Virus record (IMG/VR): IMGVR_UViG_3300036851_000172
Span: 1 to 64,000 of that record
Direction: 5' to 3' (one strand)
Source: a virus
Length of the DNA: 64,000 nt
Position 1 is the stretch's first letter; each line of letters opens with the position of its first letter. Of this stretch, positions 38,910 to 47,990 are shown in pieces. The notes below the pieces were generated by a model that had not been told where the DNA came from, searched no databases, and saw nothing but the letters and a program-made list of their open reading frames with translations. The position numbers were made by a program, and so were the translations under genes.

Positions 38910-41045
38910 ATGAACGAGTTAGTCGGGCTCGGACTGCTCTACCTCATAGGGGCATCCGGGCCGGTCGAAGGCAAGGACGGCGCTGCCGTCGAGGTCCCAT
39001 ATGACCAAGGACTACCGAGGCGCGGCGTTGGAATTGCATATGGCAACTTGCTTGTTGAGCCGGGTTCTGGGGAGTTTCCGCCGTACCGAAAGCCAACTGA
39101 CACGGCAGCGCAATACGGCGAGAAAGTCCCCGATGAAACTGGGCCAGGCTTCGAACAAAATCTTAGAGCGCAATTCTATCGCCGCAAAGAACAAGGCTTC
39201 AAGTACATCGAGCTAGATAATCCGGATGCCTATCCCCTTGAAGCCGTCATGCGGGCGACGGCTCTGGCGGAATCTTATGGCCTCGGTGTCATTGCCAAGA
39301 ACGCCAAGCTTGTTGACGGCGGGGCACAATGGCTTCGTCATCCAAATGTTGTAGGCGTCATCGTCGAGAAGGGCGCGGGCTCGCCGGCTGACTATGCGGC
39401 GCTGCGGCCTTCTGCCGACTTTCCGGTGTGGTTTGTGTCGTTCGGCTCCGGGCGGGCGTGGGCGAGCATCACCGCCGCCGACATCACGGCGCGCGGCTAC
39501 ACCAATATGAGTGTCACTTGGTCGCCGGGCGGCGAGTACACGCGCTCGGTAGACGTTCTGCTTCCGCTGAAGAAATCCTCTCAAACCCAGAGTCCCGATA
39601 TGGCGGAACCCGCCCATCTTGCGCTCGCACGATCGCTGATCGGTAAATACACGGACGGCCCAGACGTTCCCAAATTGGCGATGGAGATTGCCGCCGCCTT
39701 CCCGGAGATGACGAGCTATTGTCGCCTGGCGAATGTCGCTACTTCGTGGTGCGGCATTCTCATCGGCGTGCTTCTGCTGAGGTCCTATGGAATTCGCCCG
39801 CCGTTTGGTGACGGTGATCTGCTCCGCTTTATGTGGGTCGATGCATGGGAGGACGAGGACTGGGGTGGCCAGTCCATCCCTATCAGCCAAGCCCGGCCGG
39901 GTGACATCATCATCATGCGGTCGCCGCATCATATTTCAGTGCTGGACGAGGTCGATGGCGACACGTTTTGGTGCATCGGCGGCAACCAGTCGAATGGCTT
40001 GACGCGCGCGCCGTTTCAACGCAGCGGCGTGCGCTCGGTGCGCCGTTCGCCGACAGTCATCGCACGGCCGATGCGGCCCGCTGTCTCGAACTTCGACAAG
40101 TGCCTTCCGCTGCTGCTCGAGCATGAGGGGGGCTACTCCAACCATCCGTCCGACCCAGGCGGTCCCACCAACTTCGGCATCACGATCATCGACTACCGGC
40201 TCTACATCGACCCTAATGGGACGGCGGCCGATGTCCGTGGGATGACGGTCGATCAGGCCAAAACGATCTATCGGTCGAAATACTGGGATGCAATGCGCTG
40301 CGACGATCTGCCGTCCGGGGTTGATTATGCCGTGTTCGACTACGGAGTGAACTCCGGCATCAGCCGTTCGGCGAAGGTGCTGCAGCGTCTCGTCATTCCG
40401 CATGAGGTCGATGGCGAGATCGGTCCAAACACGATCGCAGCGACGTCCGGCGTGAGCGATCCTCGGACGCTGATCAATCAGATCTGTGACGAGCGGCTGG
40501 CCTTCCTCCAGGGACTCAGCACCTGGCCAACCTTCGGCAATGGCTGGGGGCGCCGTGTGCGCGAGGTCCGGGCCGCCGCACTGGAAATGGCTGCAACCCC
40601 AAAGGAACCCACGATGCCGAAAGCGCCAGAGATATTCCCGCCTGGAACGCCGCTACCTGGACAGCAGGTCGATTGGGCGCTGCTCATTCAGCAGCTCTTG
40701 CCGCCGCTGATAGCCGCTATCCAGCAGGCACGCGGGGGTCAGCCGCTTCTGCCGCCTCCCGTCGTCGAGCCGCCGCCTCCAGCGCCCGCACCACCCCCGC
40801 CGGCCTCTCAGCGCCCCAGCGTCCAACTCGGCGTGCTCGGACTTGTGGCTTCCGCAGTGCTGCAGGCGTTCGGTTTCATCGGCACCCCGTTGGGAATGGG
40901 AGTGGAGCCGACCACGTTAGGTACGGCCGCGACAGTCATTCCTGCCGCCATTGCCGCTACCGGCCTGACGGGGGTCTGGGGCATCGTCGCCAATGTCGGC
41001 CTCTCACTTCTCGGCACCCTGCTTAAGAACCGTATCCCGAAATGA
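38910..41045 (+). CDS. Multidomain lysin: GH114-like + NlpC/P60(CHAP)-like + GH108 lysozyme/PG-binding + C-terminal hydrophobic helices
   Basis: GFKYIELDNPDAY; SWCG...HI...GGNQSN; HEGGYSNHPSDPGGPTNFGIT...FGNGW.RR. Confidence 0.85.
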   Translation: MNELVGLGLLYLIGASGPVEGKDGAAVEVPYDQGLPRRGVGIAYGNLLVEPGSGEFPPYRKPTDTAAQYGEKVPDETGPGFEQNLRAQFYRRKEQGFKYIELDNPDAYPLEAVMRATALAESYGLGVIAKNAKLVDGGAQWLRHPNVVGVIVEKGAGSPADYAALRPSADFPVWFVSFGSGRAWASITAADITARGYTNMSVTWSPGGEYTRSVDVLLPLKKSSQTQSPDMAEPAHLALARSLIGKYTDGPDVPKLAMEIAAAFPEMTSYCRLANVATSWCGILIGVLLLRSYGIRPPFGDGDLLRFMWVDAWEDEDWGGQSIPISQARPGDIIIMRSPHHISVLDEVDGDTFWCIGGNQSNGLTRAPFQRSGVRSVRRSPTVIARPMRPAVSNFDKCLPLLLEHEGGYSNHPSDPGGPTNFGITIIDYRLYIDPNGTAADVRGMTVDQAKTIYRSKYWDAMRCDDLPSGVDYAVFDYGVNSGISRSAKVLQRLVIPHEVDGEIGPNTIAATSGVSDPRTLINQICDERLAFLQGLSTWPTFGNGWGRRVREVRAAALEMAATPKEPTMPKAPEIFPPGTPLPGQQVDWALLIQQLLPPLIAAIQQARGGQPLLPPPVVEPPPPAPAPPPPASQRPSVQLGVLGLVASAVLQAFGFIGTPLGMGVEPTTLGTAATVIPAAIAATGLTGVWGIVANVGLSLLGTLLKNRIPK

Positions 41046-41512
41046 AGTCCGCCCCGCTCGTCCTTGCCGGCATCCTGCTGGCTACCCATGCCATGGCGGC
41101 GCCGGCCGACCCATTGAGCGCGATTTACCAATGGCTGTACCCGCCCAAGTCTTCGACAAGTGCTCAGATTCAGAAAAGCCCGCCGGTGGCTCCTAAGCCG
41201 CTTCCGGCGCCTGAGAGACGGGCCAAGCCGGAAACCCAGCCAGCGCCCGCCCCTGAGTCACGGCCAGCCCCTCCGAAAGTACAGTCTCGCTCGATCGAGC
41301 GGCCCAAGCCCAAGCCGAAACAGGTGCAGGAGGCGCCCAAACCGGAACCCCTGTCCTGTGCCGATGTTCGGCGTGGGGTTGGCATGCCGTGCTTTCTCAT
41401 CCGAGCCAACTCGCACCACTACGAACGACTGTCACCGGCACAAAAGCGGCAGGCCGATAGCTGCCTGTCAGCCTCAGAACGCGCTGCCATCAAAGCTTGT
41501 TTTACCCCCTAA
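41042..41512 (+). CDS. Secreted Pro-rich protein (lysis cassette)
   Basis: Signal-peptide-like N-terminus, P-rich linker, 4-Cys C-terminus. Confidence 0.6.
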   Translation: MKSAPLVLAGILLATHAMAAPADPLSAIYQWLYPPKSSTSAQIQKSPPVAPKPLPAPERRAKPETQPAPAPESRPAPPKVQSRSIERPKPKPKQVQEAPKPEPLSCADVRRGVGMPCFLIRANSHHYERLSPAQKRQADSCLSASERAAIKACFTP

Positions 41513-41527
41513 CCAAAGGAAATACCC

Positions 41528-41869
41528 ATGCCCTTCCTCGGTATCGCCGTGATCATCGGCGTCATCACTGCCCTAGTCGCGTTGCGCCGTAAGCATCAGC
41601 CCAGCCCGCCCGTAGGCCCGATGACCGATGAGGAGGTGCGGGCCATGCTCGCTGAATTGGCCCCGGACGTCCCGGACGCGACCGACTACGGCAACTCAAT
41701 TGTTGATCTTCTGAAGGTGCTCCGGTTGCCGTCCGACAAAAGCAGCCGGCGCGTGCTTTGGGAGGAGATGAAGCATGAGGGCGCCTACGTCGGCAGCGCT
41801 GAGCAGAACGTGCAGCTTCATGCCGACGTGATGAAAAAGCTCGCCGACCGTGAAATCGGTGCGAAATGA
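41528..41869 (+). CDS. Membrane-anchored DUF3597-like protein
   Basis: SIVDLLKVL.L.SD..SR..L..E....G...GSAEQN..LH..VM.KLA. Confidence 0.75.
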   Translation: MPFLGIAVIIGVITALVALRRKHQPSPPVGPMTDEEVRAMLAELAPDVPDATDYGNSIVDLLKVLRLPSDKSSRRVLWEEMKHEGAYVGSAEQNVQLHADVMKKLADREIGAK

Positions 41870-41873
41870 GGAA

Positions 41874-42314
41874 ATGAAGATGAATTCCGAGCAAGTGAAG
41901 TCCGCGCTGCGTACCCTCGTTGCTACCTTCGGGGGCTCGATCGCGGGTTTTTTCGTGGCCAAGGGCTGGTTCACAACTGATCAGGTCATGTCGATCCTGA
42001 CCAGCGAGGCTTTTCTCGGCGTCGCAACGTCGGCTGTCGTCGGCGCCTGGGGTATCTGGGCCAAGACTCGCAATAACCTGCTGGTCACGGCAGCCACCGT
42101 CACGGACGACAAGGGCGACAAGATCGTCAAGGAAATGAAGCTGTCCGATCCCCAAGTGGCGGCCGAGGTGAATCCGCAGGTCTCGGCACGGGTCGTGGCG
42201 GTGAAAGAGTCGCGGGAAAAGTCGGGTGCAAAGCCTACCTTGCCCCCCGAAATGCTGCCTCCCATCACGCCATCTGAGCCGCCCATCGGCAGCCCGCCGA
42301 TCAAGGACTTCTAA
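41874..42314 (+). CDS. Putative holin
   Basis: EQVKSALRTLVATFGG...KGW; two hydrophobic helices. Confidence 0.65.
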   Translation: MKMNSEQVKSALRTLVATFGGSIAGFFVAKGWFTTDQVMSILTSEAFLGVATSAVVGAWGIWAKTRNNLLVTAATVTDDKGDKIVKEMKLSDPQVAAEVNPQVSARVVAVKESREKSGAKPTLPPEMLPPITPSEPPIGSPPIKDF

Positions 42315-42541
42315 TGCCGACCTACGGCGAGATTGCCCAGATCCTCACGGCGGTAGCGGCTATCGGCGCGCTTCTCAATTCGCTTCGCAATGGCCGCAAG
42401 CTTTCTGCTGTTGTCGAGAAGGTTGATGAGGTGCACTTGGCCACGAACTCGATCACAGATCGTCTTGTTGAGACGACAAAGACAGAGGCCCATGCCGCTG
42501 GCCTGAAGGAAGGCCGCGGCGAGCAGCGCTAGGAGGCCGTC

Positions 42542-42754
42542 ATGGTCGAAAACATCATCTACTTGCTGATCTACATAGCCTTGGTCGTCGGGCTGATATA
42601 CCTTGTGATTTGGGTACTGGAACAACTCGGCATTGCGCTGCCGCCGATGGTGGTGAAGGTCATGTGGGTCATTGTCGTGTTGATTGTCCTCCTGCTTTGC
42701 TGGAGGGCCCTGTCCCCCTTCATTGGCGGCGGTGGAAAAATGTTTCCCAGATAA
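42542..42754 (+). CDS. Small two-TM membrane protein
   Basis: Almost entirely hydrophobic; GGAGG RBS. Confidence 0.7.
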   Translation: MVENIIYLLIYIALVVGLIYLVIWVLEQLGIALPPMVVKVMWVIVVLIVLLLCWRALSPFIGGGGKMFPR

Positions 42755-43113
42755 CACAGCGGGACGCACGTTCGCTAGCGACGATCGTGCGCCCCTACCA
42801 CCACAAGACAGGGGTACTGTCCTATGTTGGCTACAAACAATACCGCAACTTTTGGTCTCATTCATCCCGCCTTCGGCTACCGCCGATGACGCCCCTCACC
42901 AACAACGAACGGATCGTCGTGCTTGAGCACAAGATCAAGCACATGGGTGAAGAGCTCGACCGGATGGTGAGGAAGGTCGATGAGATGCATGCAGTCCTGA
43001 TGCAGGCCAAGGGCGTGAAATGGGCCGTGATCACGTTCTCGGGTCTGGTCGGTTTCCTGATCGGCGTCGGCGCCTTCCTGATTAACCTGAAGGGCCTGCG
43101 ATGAGGAAACAGA

Positions 43114-43596
43114 ATGGCGAAGCTTCGCGAGCTCCTGGGGCAATATGCGGTTGCGGCCCTGTGGACGGCAGGCCTGACAGTCCTGGGGATCATTGGCTCC
43201 CTCCTGCTCAACTACGACCGCCGGGAGCCGTTCCTGTATGCCAAAGTGACGCTGTCCCCCATCCCGGCGAAAGCGGGTCAGGCTATCCTCGTCCGGCGCG
43301 AGATCGTGTGGCTGCGGCATTGCGAGAGGGAGGGGGAGGTCTGGCGGGAGATCGTCCGGCCCAACGGGACGATCAGCCAATACGACCGCCGGTACACTCG
43401 GGTGCCGTCCGATCTTGGCTTGCAGATCGTGGAAAACCCCTTCTGGCTCGATGCTGCGGTTCTCGACAATGCGGAGAACGAGGGCACCGCGTTGTTTCGC
43501 TTGTCGGTCATCTTTCATCACTGTGGGATCACATCCGGCTTTCGCCCTATCCATGGGCCAAGGTTGGAAATCCCCTTTCGGGTTGTGCGGCCGTGA
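43114..43596 (+). CDS. Membrane-anchored hypothetical protein
   Basis: N-terminal TM followed by a beta-rich domain. Confidence 0.6.
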   Translation: MAKLRELLGQYAVAALWTAGLTVLGIIGSLLLNYDRREPFLYAKVTLSPIPAKAGQAILVRREIVWLRHCEREGEVWREIVRPNGTISQYDRRYTRVPSDLGLQIVENPFWLDAAVLDNAENEGTALFRLSVIFHHCGITSGFRPIHGPRLEIPFRVVRP

Positions 43597-43898
43597 TCCT
43601 GTTGGCGCTGATGCCGGCGCTCGCTGATGGGCCGCCAGGCAGGCACACGCATCCGCCCGGCGAGGAGTGGATTATGAGGGGCGGCCATCGTAATCCTGCC
43701 GGTGAATGGTGCTGCGGCGAGGGCGACTGCTTCATGGTCGAGCCTGTCAGGGTGACGGCGAATGGTTATCTGATCATGGCGACTGGCGAGCTCGTCCCGG
43801 AAGCCGAGACACAACCGTCACCGGACGGGCGCTACTGGCGCTGCAAGCGGCCGGACGGCTCACGTCGCTGCTTTTTTGCGCCCCCGCCCTCCATGTAA
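43593..43898 (+). CDS. Secreted Cys-rich small protein
   Basis: WCCGEGDC...SPDGRYWRC...CFFAPP; 3' part of ORF 43101..43898. Confidence 0.65.
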   Translation: MILLALMPALADGPPGRHTHPPGEEWIMRGGHRNPAGEWCCGEGDCFMVEPVRVTANGYLIMATGELVPEAETQPSPDGRYWRCKRPDGSRRCFFAPPPSM

Positions 43899-43902
43899 GG
43901 AG

Positions 43903-44193
43903 TCACGCCCACGCCCCCGGACACCCCGCCGCCGCAGCCGCGGCCCATGCCTCGACCCGCCGTAGTGTCCAGCCGGTGACCGAGCGGTAGCGGCCATTAG
44001 AGGGGACGTACTGCTTGGCGGTCTTGTCGTAGCGCATGACGTCCGGGTGCAGTCGGATGAACTCATTGAGATCGACGCTGGCCTGAGCCTCCGACACGTC
44101 GAACGTCTCTGCGATGTGCGCGCGGCGAATGGCGCCCGCGGTGAGCAGGCGCCAATCTATGTAGATGAGCCTCATTGTCTGGCAGTGGTTCAC
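43903..44193 (-). CDS. Stand-alone winged HTH resembling the N-domain of CapW/BrxR WYL regulators
   Basis: RLIYIDWRL...G.IRR..I.ETFDVS..QAS.DL..F......M.YD.T.K.Y. Confidence 0.75.
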   Translation of the reverse strand: MNHCQTMRLIYIDWRLLTAGAIRRAHIAETFDVSEAQASVDLNEFIRLHPDVMRYDKTAKQYVPSNGRYRSVTGWTLRRVEAWAAAAAAGCPGAWA

Positions 44194-44846
44194 AGCACCC
44201 TCCGTAATGGAGAGTCAAATTGCTGTCCTTTCAAATAGCGCTTCCAAAGCGTCTGATATTTTATTCCGAGGCGATCGGCTAATTCGGCTAGGGCAATCTT
44301 CTCGCCCTGCCATTCTATCATGACCGTACTACGCTTGTTGCGGTGTTGCTCTTTGTTGGTTGCCCAATGGCAATTCCCGGGTTCATAGTTTCCGTCATTG
44401 TCGATGCGGTTGATCGAAGTGCCGTTAGGGCGCGGCCCCATGTCGGCGTAGAAGTTCTCGAATTTGTTCCAGCGTTCGCACACTGTGATCCCGCGACCGC
44501 CGTAGTCAGCATAATTTTCACAATTCAGATTCAGGCACCTATTTTTCATGCCGACCCAAATGCGATATTCCGGGCTGCGCCGCATTCCATGCGTCGTTCG
44601 TAAACTTCCGATCGCAGGCGCCATGTCCCGTCGAAGACATCCGCATGACCTGCTGAGGCCGTTGCGCAAATGCCCCCCGGCCACAGAGCGCTCAGTACCG
44701 CATGTGCACTTGCAGTGCCATTTGGGCCTCCCGGCGATTGATGTGTCGTCAAATCTCATGACAGTCCACCGACCAAACTGTCGGCCAGTGAGGTCGGTGA
44801 ACCGCGGGTCGGCGAATGCGAGCCGCTGGCGCTGGCTGTAGGTCAC
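44190..44846 (-). CDS. HNH-like homing endonuclease
   Basis: DLTGRQFGRWTV, C.C.CG, SCGC, YGGRGI.VC.RW, RIDNDGNYEPGNC.WAT; GTG start overlaps the upstream stop. Confidence 0.9.
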   Translation of the reverse strand: MTYSQRQRLAFADPRFTDLTGRQFGRWTVMRFDDTSIAGRPKWHCKCTCGTERSVAGGHLRNGLSRSCGCLRRDMAPAIGSLRTTHGMRRSPEYRIWVGMKNRCLNLNCENYADYGGRGITVCERWNKFENFYADMGPRPNGTSINRIDNDGNYEPGNCHWATNKEQHRNKRSTVMIEWQGEKIALAELADRLGIKYQTLWKRYLKGQQFDSPLRRVL

Positions 44847-44995
44847 AACTGCGCCTGCCAAGTCTCAGCATCCCTCACCGACTCGAAGGCCATATAGCCG
44901 CCCTCGCATTCGATGATTTCCGCCGCCCACGGCGCAACGTCCTGCGCCTCGGCGCGCGTGGGCGCCTCTTCGCATGGGATGAATGTCTGTCTCAT
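44843..44995 (-). CDS. 50-aa acidic protein (not in ORF track)
   Basis: MRQTFIPCEEAPTRAEAQDVAPWAAEIIECEGGYMAFESVRDAETWQAQL*; GGAG RBS. Confidence 0.7.
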   Translation of the reverse strand: MRQTFIPCEEAPTRAEAQDVAPWAAEIIECEGGYMAFESVRDAETWQAQL

Positions 44996-45063
44996 CGTGA
45001 TCTCCGGTCTGTTGCGCGCCCCGCCGGGATGGCGAGCCGCTGGGATTGCGCGTAGGTCATCGC

Positions 45064-45243
45064 TCAGCGCTTGTCGATCGATACGAGATAGAGTTGCTCA
45101 CGATCGCACTCGATTGCAGAATTGCGATTGACGTAAGTTTGCCCTTCCCACTCGGCGGCGAACGCCTCGGCCGCGCGCCGAGATCGGAACTTGCTGCAAG
45201 CTACCGGGTCGCTCTGTGCGCCAAAAACGGTCACGATATACAT
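45064..45243 (-). CDS. Small hypothetical protein
   Basis: MYIVTVFG...; GGAG RBS; first gene behind promoter 45305-45333. Confidence 0.6.
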   Translation of the reverse strand: MYIVTVFGAQSDPVACSKFRSRRAAEAFAAEWEGQTYVNRNSAIECDREQLYLVSIDKR

Positions 45244-45304
45244 TTCCGTCACTCCGCCCCTGGACCCCGAGGCGCGGGAGAGGATCAACTGATCCAATGT
45301 GGTC

Positions 45305-45333
45305 ATACTAATCCGATGGTCAGGAAAAGTCAA
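45305..45333 (-). promoter_or_regulatory. Sigma70-type promoter
   Basis: Minus strand TTGACT-17-TAGTAT. Confidence 0.7.
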
Positions 45334-45732
45334 CCGTTATTTTACGGCCAATTAGGCAAATGCAAGCTTGGAGGTATTGACTAGACAAACGTGCCTCGCT
45401 TGCGTGCGAGATCAAGCACATCAGTCTTGGCGATCAGCGCGCGCACTCCATCATCGGCCACCTTCTCGGCCGGCATCTTTTTGACGATCTCGATCAGCTC
45501 GTCCAGCGCCGCATTCCATCCGGCATTGAATGGGTCGCCATCATCCTCGGTTCGCCGCATTGCTCATCTCTTGAGTACGATTGTTGAGGTATCAGGCCAC
45601 ATCGACCCATGTGCGCCTGCGAAATATATCCCGTACTGTCGCATCGGTGATTCCGAACATTTTCGCGATCTCGGCTTGCGTTTTTGTGCCTCGCAGCGTG
45701 CATCTATAGCCCTTCATCTATGAACTATAGCT

Positions 45733-46053
45733 CTAGGTGCGGGGAATTTCCCCAAGTCGGGTGCCGTTTGGGGCAAACGGTCCATCCTTGCTTGTAGCTA
45801 GGAATGAACGATAGCCGGCACCGATGGCTATGGCATGCGCTATCAGCCACGCCGCTTGATACGCAAACTCTTTTGGAAATGAGACCGAAAATCGGTGGTC
45901 TAGGACCAATGCGATTTTGTCTCCTTCATCATGCCCAGTCAGTTTTGGGATCACTTTCCCCTCAATTATTACCCTGTATTCCTGGAACGGTCCGACCAGG
46001 AAATCTGACGATCCCTCTTCTGAGGAGAGAAAGTTTATAATGTTGTCATTCAT
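45733..46053 (-). CDS. Hypothetical protein, AT-richer
   Basis: 106-aa ORF with GGAG RBS. Confidence 0.6.
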   Translation of the reverse strand: MNDNIINFLSSEEGSSDFLVGPFQEYRVIIEGKVIPKLTGHDEGDKIALVLDHRFSVSFPKEFAYQAAWLIAHAIAIGAGYRSFLATSKDGPFAPNGTRLGEIPRT

Positions 46054-46671
46054 GATTTCTCCAGTTCTTCTTTCGGTCCCATGCTAAATCAAGTTCGCGC
46101 TCTTTGCTCTCAATCGCCTCAGCCGCCTCGTCTAGGAGATCGGCGGTTGCTTGATGTGTCGATTTCCAAGACCCACGCAGATATTTGGCTGCATCGCGCA
46201 AACGCCGCGGTAGTTCCTTAATGGACATAAGTATTGCCCTATCATGAGCGAGAGAGGATCCGTTCCGCTTCGTCACAGGCCGCGCATAGATACTCGTCTC
46301 GTCCAGCCGTCCCGCCGGTTGTTCTGGCGGCGAATATAAGCTGTTGCAGGGCTGTTCGCAGGTCCTCATCCATCAGCAGGCCGGCTGAAATGCCGAATGC
46401 GACCAAGGATGCATCGGTCTTGTTGGCTTTGGCAGCATTGCGCCAGAATTCGATGTGTTCTTCGGGCGTCATTTTACCTCCGGTTCCGCAGATTGCCCAT
46501 ATGCGGTCACTGCGATCACGCGCTCGGCTGCGTGTCGGAGCGTGCCATGCAGGCCGGTGTAACGAGGCCGCACCTTGATCTGATCGAACGACACGGCGCT
46601 GTAGTCGGATGTCAGGTGCGCCACGTTTTCCCAGATCGTTCGGGCCACTAGATCGATTTCGTCACCCATCG

Positions 46672-47205
46672 TTACCTCCGCCCGCTCGCAGACTGCTCAA
46701 CTGCAGTTGCGTGATCGATGCTGGCCTTTGTGTCCACGAGCCAGCCGGGCAAGCCATTCAATTCGATGTCGAGACCATGGTGGTTTGTTGCGCAGCCGAT
46801 GGCGTTCTGCTGTAGCAGGCTTGCGGTGCGCAGTATGTCCTTGAGCGCCGCGCGCAGTGTATTTGCCTCCTTCGCCCGCTCGTCCGCGATGGCGAGCGCG
46901 CGGCGCTTGGCGGCTTGGAGCCGCTCGTTCTCCTCGATCATCCGCTTGCCAATCGCTTCCAATTCAGCGTGAGATGCCCGCAGCCGCTTGATCTCGGCGT
47001 CTCGTTGCTCAAGCGACCAGATCAAGCCATTGATGGCGGTGATCGCGTCACTCGTATCCACGGTGCTGTCGTCGGCCAGTTCGGCGTTGTCCATGTCGCC
47101 GATGAAGCCCTCGAGCGTCACGAGGCATTGGCTCGCACCGACATCGTTGGCCTGGTACGTCTTGATCGTGTCGGCCATTCGTACCTCCGCTGACTGCCTT
47201 GTCAT
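46672..47205 (-). CDS. Coiled-coil hypothetical protein
   Basis: 177-aa ORF; 5' end duplicated at 1-120. Confidence 0.7.
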   Translation of the reverse strand: MTRQSAEVRMADTIKTYQANDVGASQCLVTLEGFIGDMDNAELADDSTVDTSDAITAINGLIWSLEQRDAEIKRLRASHAELEAIGKRMIEENERLQAAKRRALAIADERAKEANTLRAALKDILRTASLLQQNAIGCATNHHGLDIELNGLPGWLVDTKASIDHATAVEQSASGRR

Positions 47206-47217
47206 CGACTGTAATCC

Positions 47218-47463
47218 TCAGTAGCCGCGCGCCGGATTGTCGCAATAGCCGTCGCGGTCGTAGTGGGTGTGGTATCGCCACCAGCCCTGACGGCCCGGGT
47301 TCTTGACTTCCATCAGCCTGCCCTCGAACGTCTCAAACCTGCCTTCATCGCGGGGCGTCCCAACCTGCCGGCGGTGGTCTATGCCATGGTCAGAGGTCGC
47401 TGACGCGCGACTTGAAGGCCGGGAGTCCTGCCGGGTTCCTTTACCGTCGATTCGGTCTGCCAC
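47218..47463 (-). CDS. Hypothetical protein, paralogue of 294..539
   Basis: Near-identical protein to the copy at the window start. Confidence 0.75.
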   Translation of the reverse strand: MADRIDGKGTRQDSRPSSRASATSDHGIDHRRQVGTPRDEGRFETFEGRLMEVKNPGRQGWWRYHTHYDRDGYCDNPARGY

Positions 47464-47493
47464 GATGAAGCTCCTACAGTTGTGATGTCTGCG

Positions 47494-47697
47494 CTACTTG
47501 CGCGCTGCCTCGATGTCCTCGACCGTGATCTTGCCGGCGAGCAGCAGTCGCAGCAGGATCGCCACGCACTCGGGCACTTGCCGCTCACCAAGAGCCCACC
47601 GCCGGCCGGTCCTAGGATCGGCGCCGACGAGCTGGGCCGCCCCGGCCTGAGAGAGGCTGAGGCGGCTGAGGGCGGCGCGGAATTGGTTGGCGGTCAC
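47494..47697 (-). CDS. Small XRE HTH regulator (Aca-like position)
   Basis: MTANQFRAAL..L.LSQ..AAQLVG.D.RT.RRW..GER.VP. Confidence 0.8.
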   Translation of the reverse strand: MTANQFRAALSRLSLSQAGAAQLVGADPRTGRRWALGERQVPECVAILLRLLLAGKITVEDIEAARK

Positions 47698-47910
47698 TTA
47701 GATGTCCCCAGCTTTCAGCGCGCGGGCGACGCGCGCGAGGCCGTCATCATCAAGCCAGTGGCCGGATTGGGGATCGGCGATCCAGATGCCGCCCTCATCA
47801 TTCACATCGACCTCTCGACAGTTGTAGAGCGTCTTAACGCCATCGATCAGTGCCCCTCGATCGTTTTCGATCGCCGCTTTGATCCACTCTTGGTTGGTCA
47901 TCGTCGTCAT
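47698..47910 (-). CDS. 70-aa acidic hypothetical protein
   Basis: GGAG RBS; first gene behind the promoter at 47951-47979. Confidence 0.7.
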   Translation of the reverse strand: MTTMTNQEWIKAAIENDRGALIDGVKTLYNCREVDVNDEGGIWIADPQSGHWLDDDGLARVARALKAGDI

Positions 47911-47950
47911 CTGTTTCTCCATCGCCGGGCAGGATTGCCCTTGCATTTCC

Positions 47951-47990
47951 CTTATAGGGCATCTGGCCCTACGTGTCAAGTGGCCCTATA
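47951..47990 (-). promoter_or_regulatory. Near-consensus sigma70 promoter with palindromic operator
   Basis: Minus strand TTGACA-17-TATAAG; TAGGGC-N5-GCCCTA at 47955-47971; extra half site GCCCTATA 47983-47990. Confidence 0.85.
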
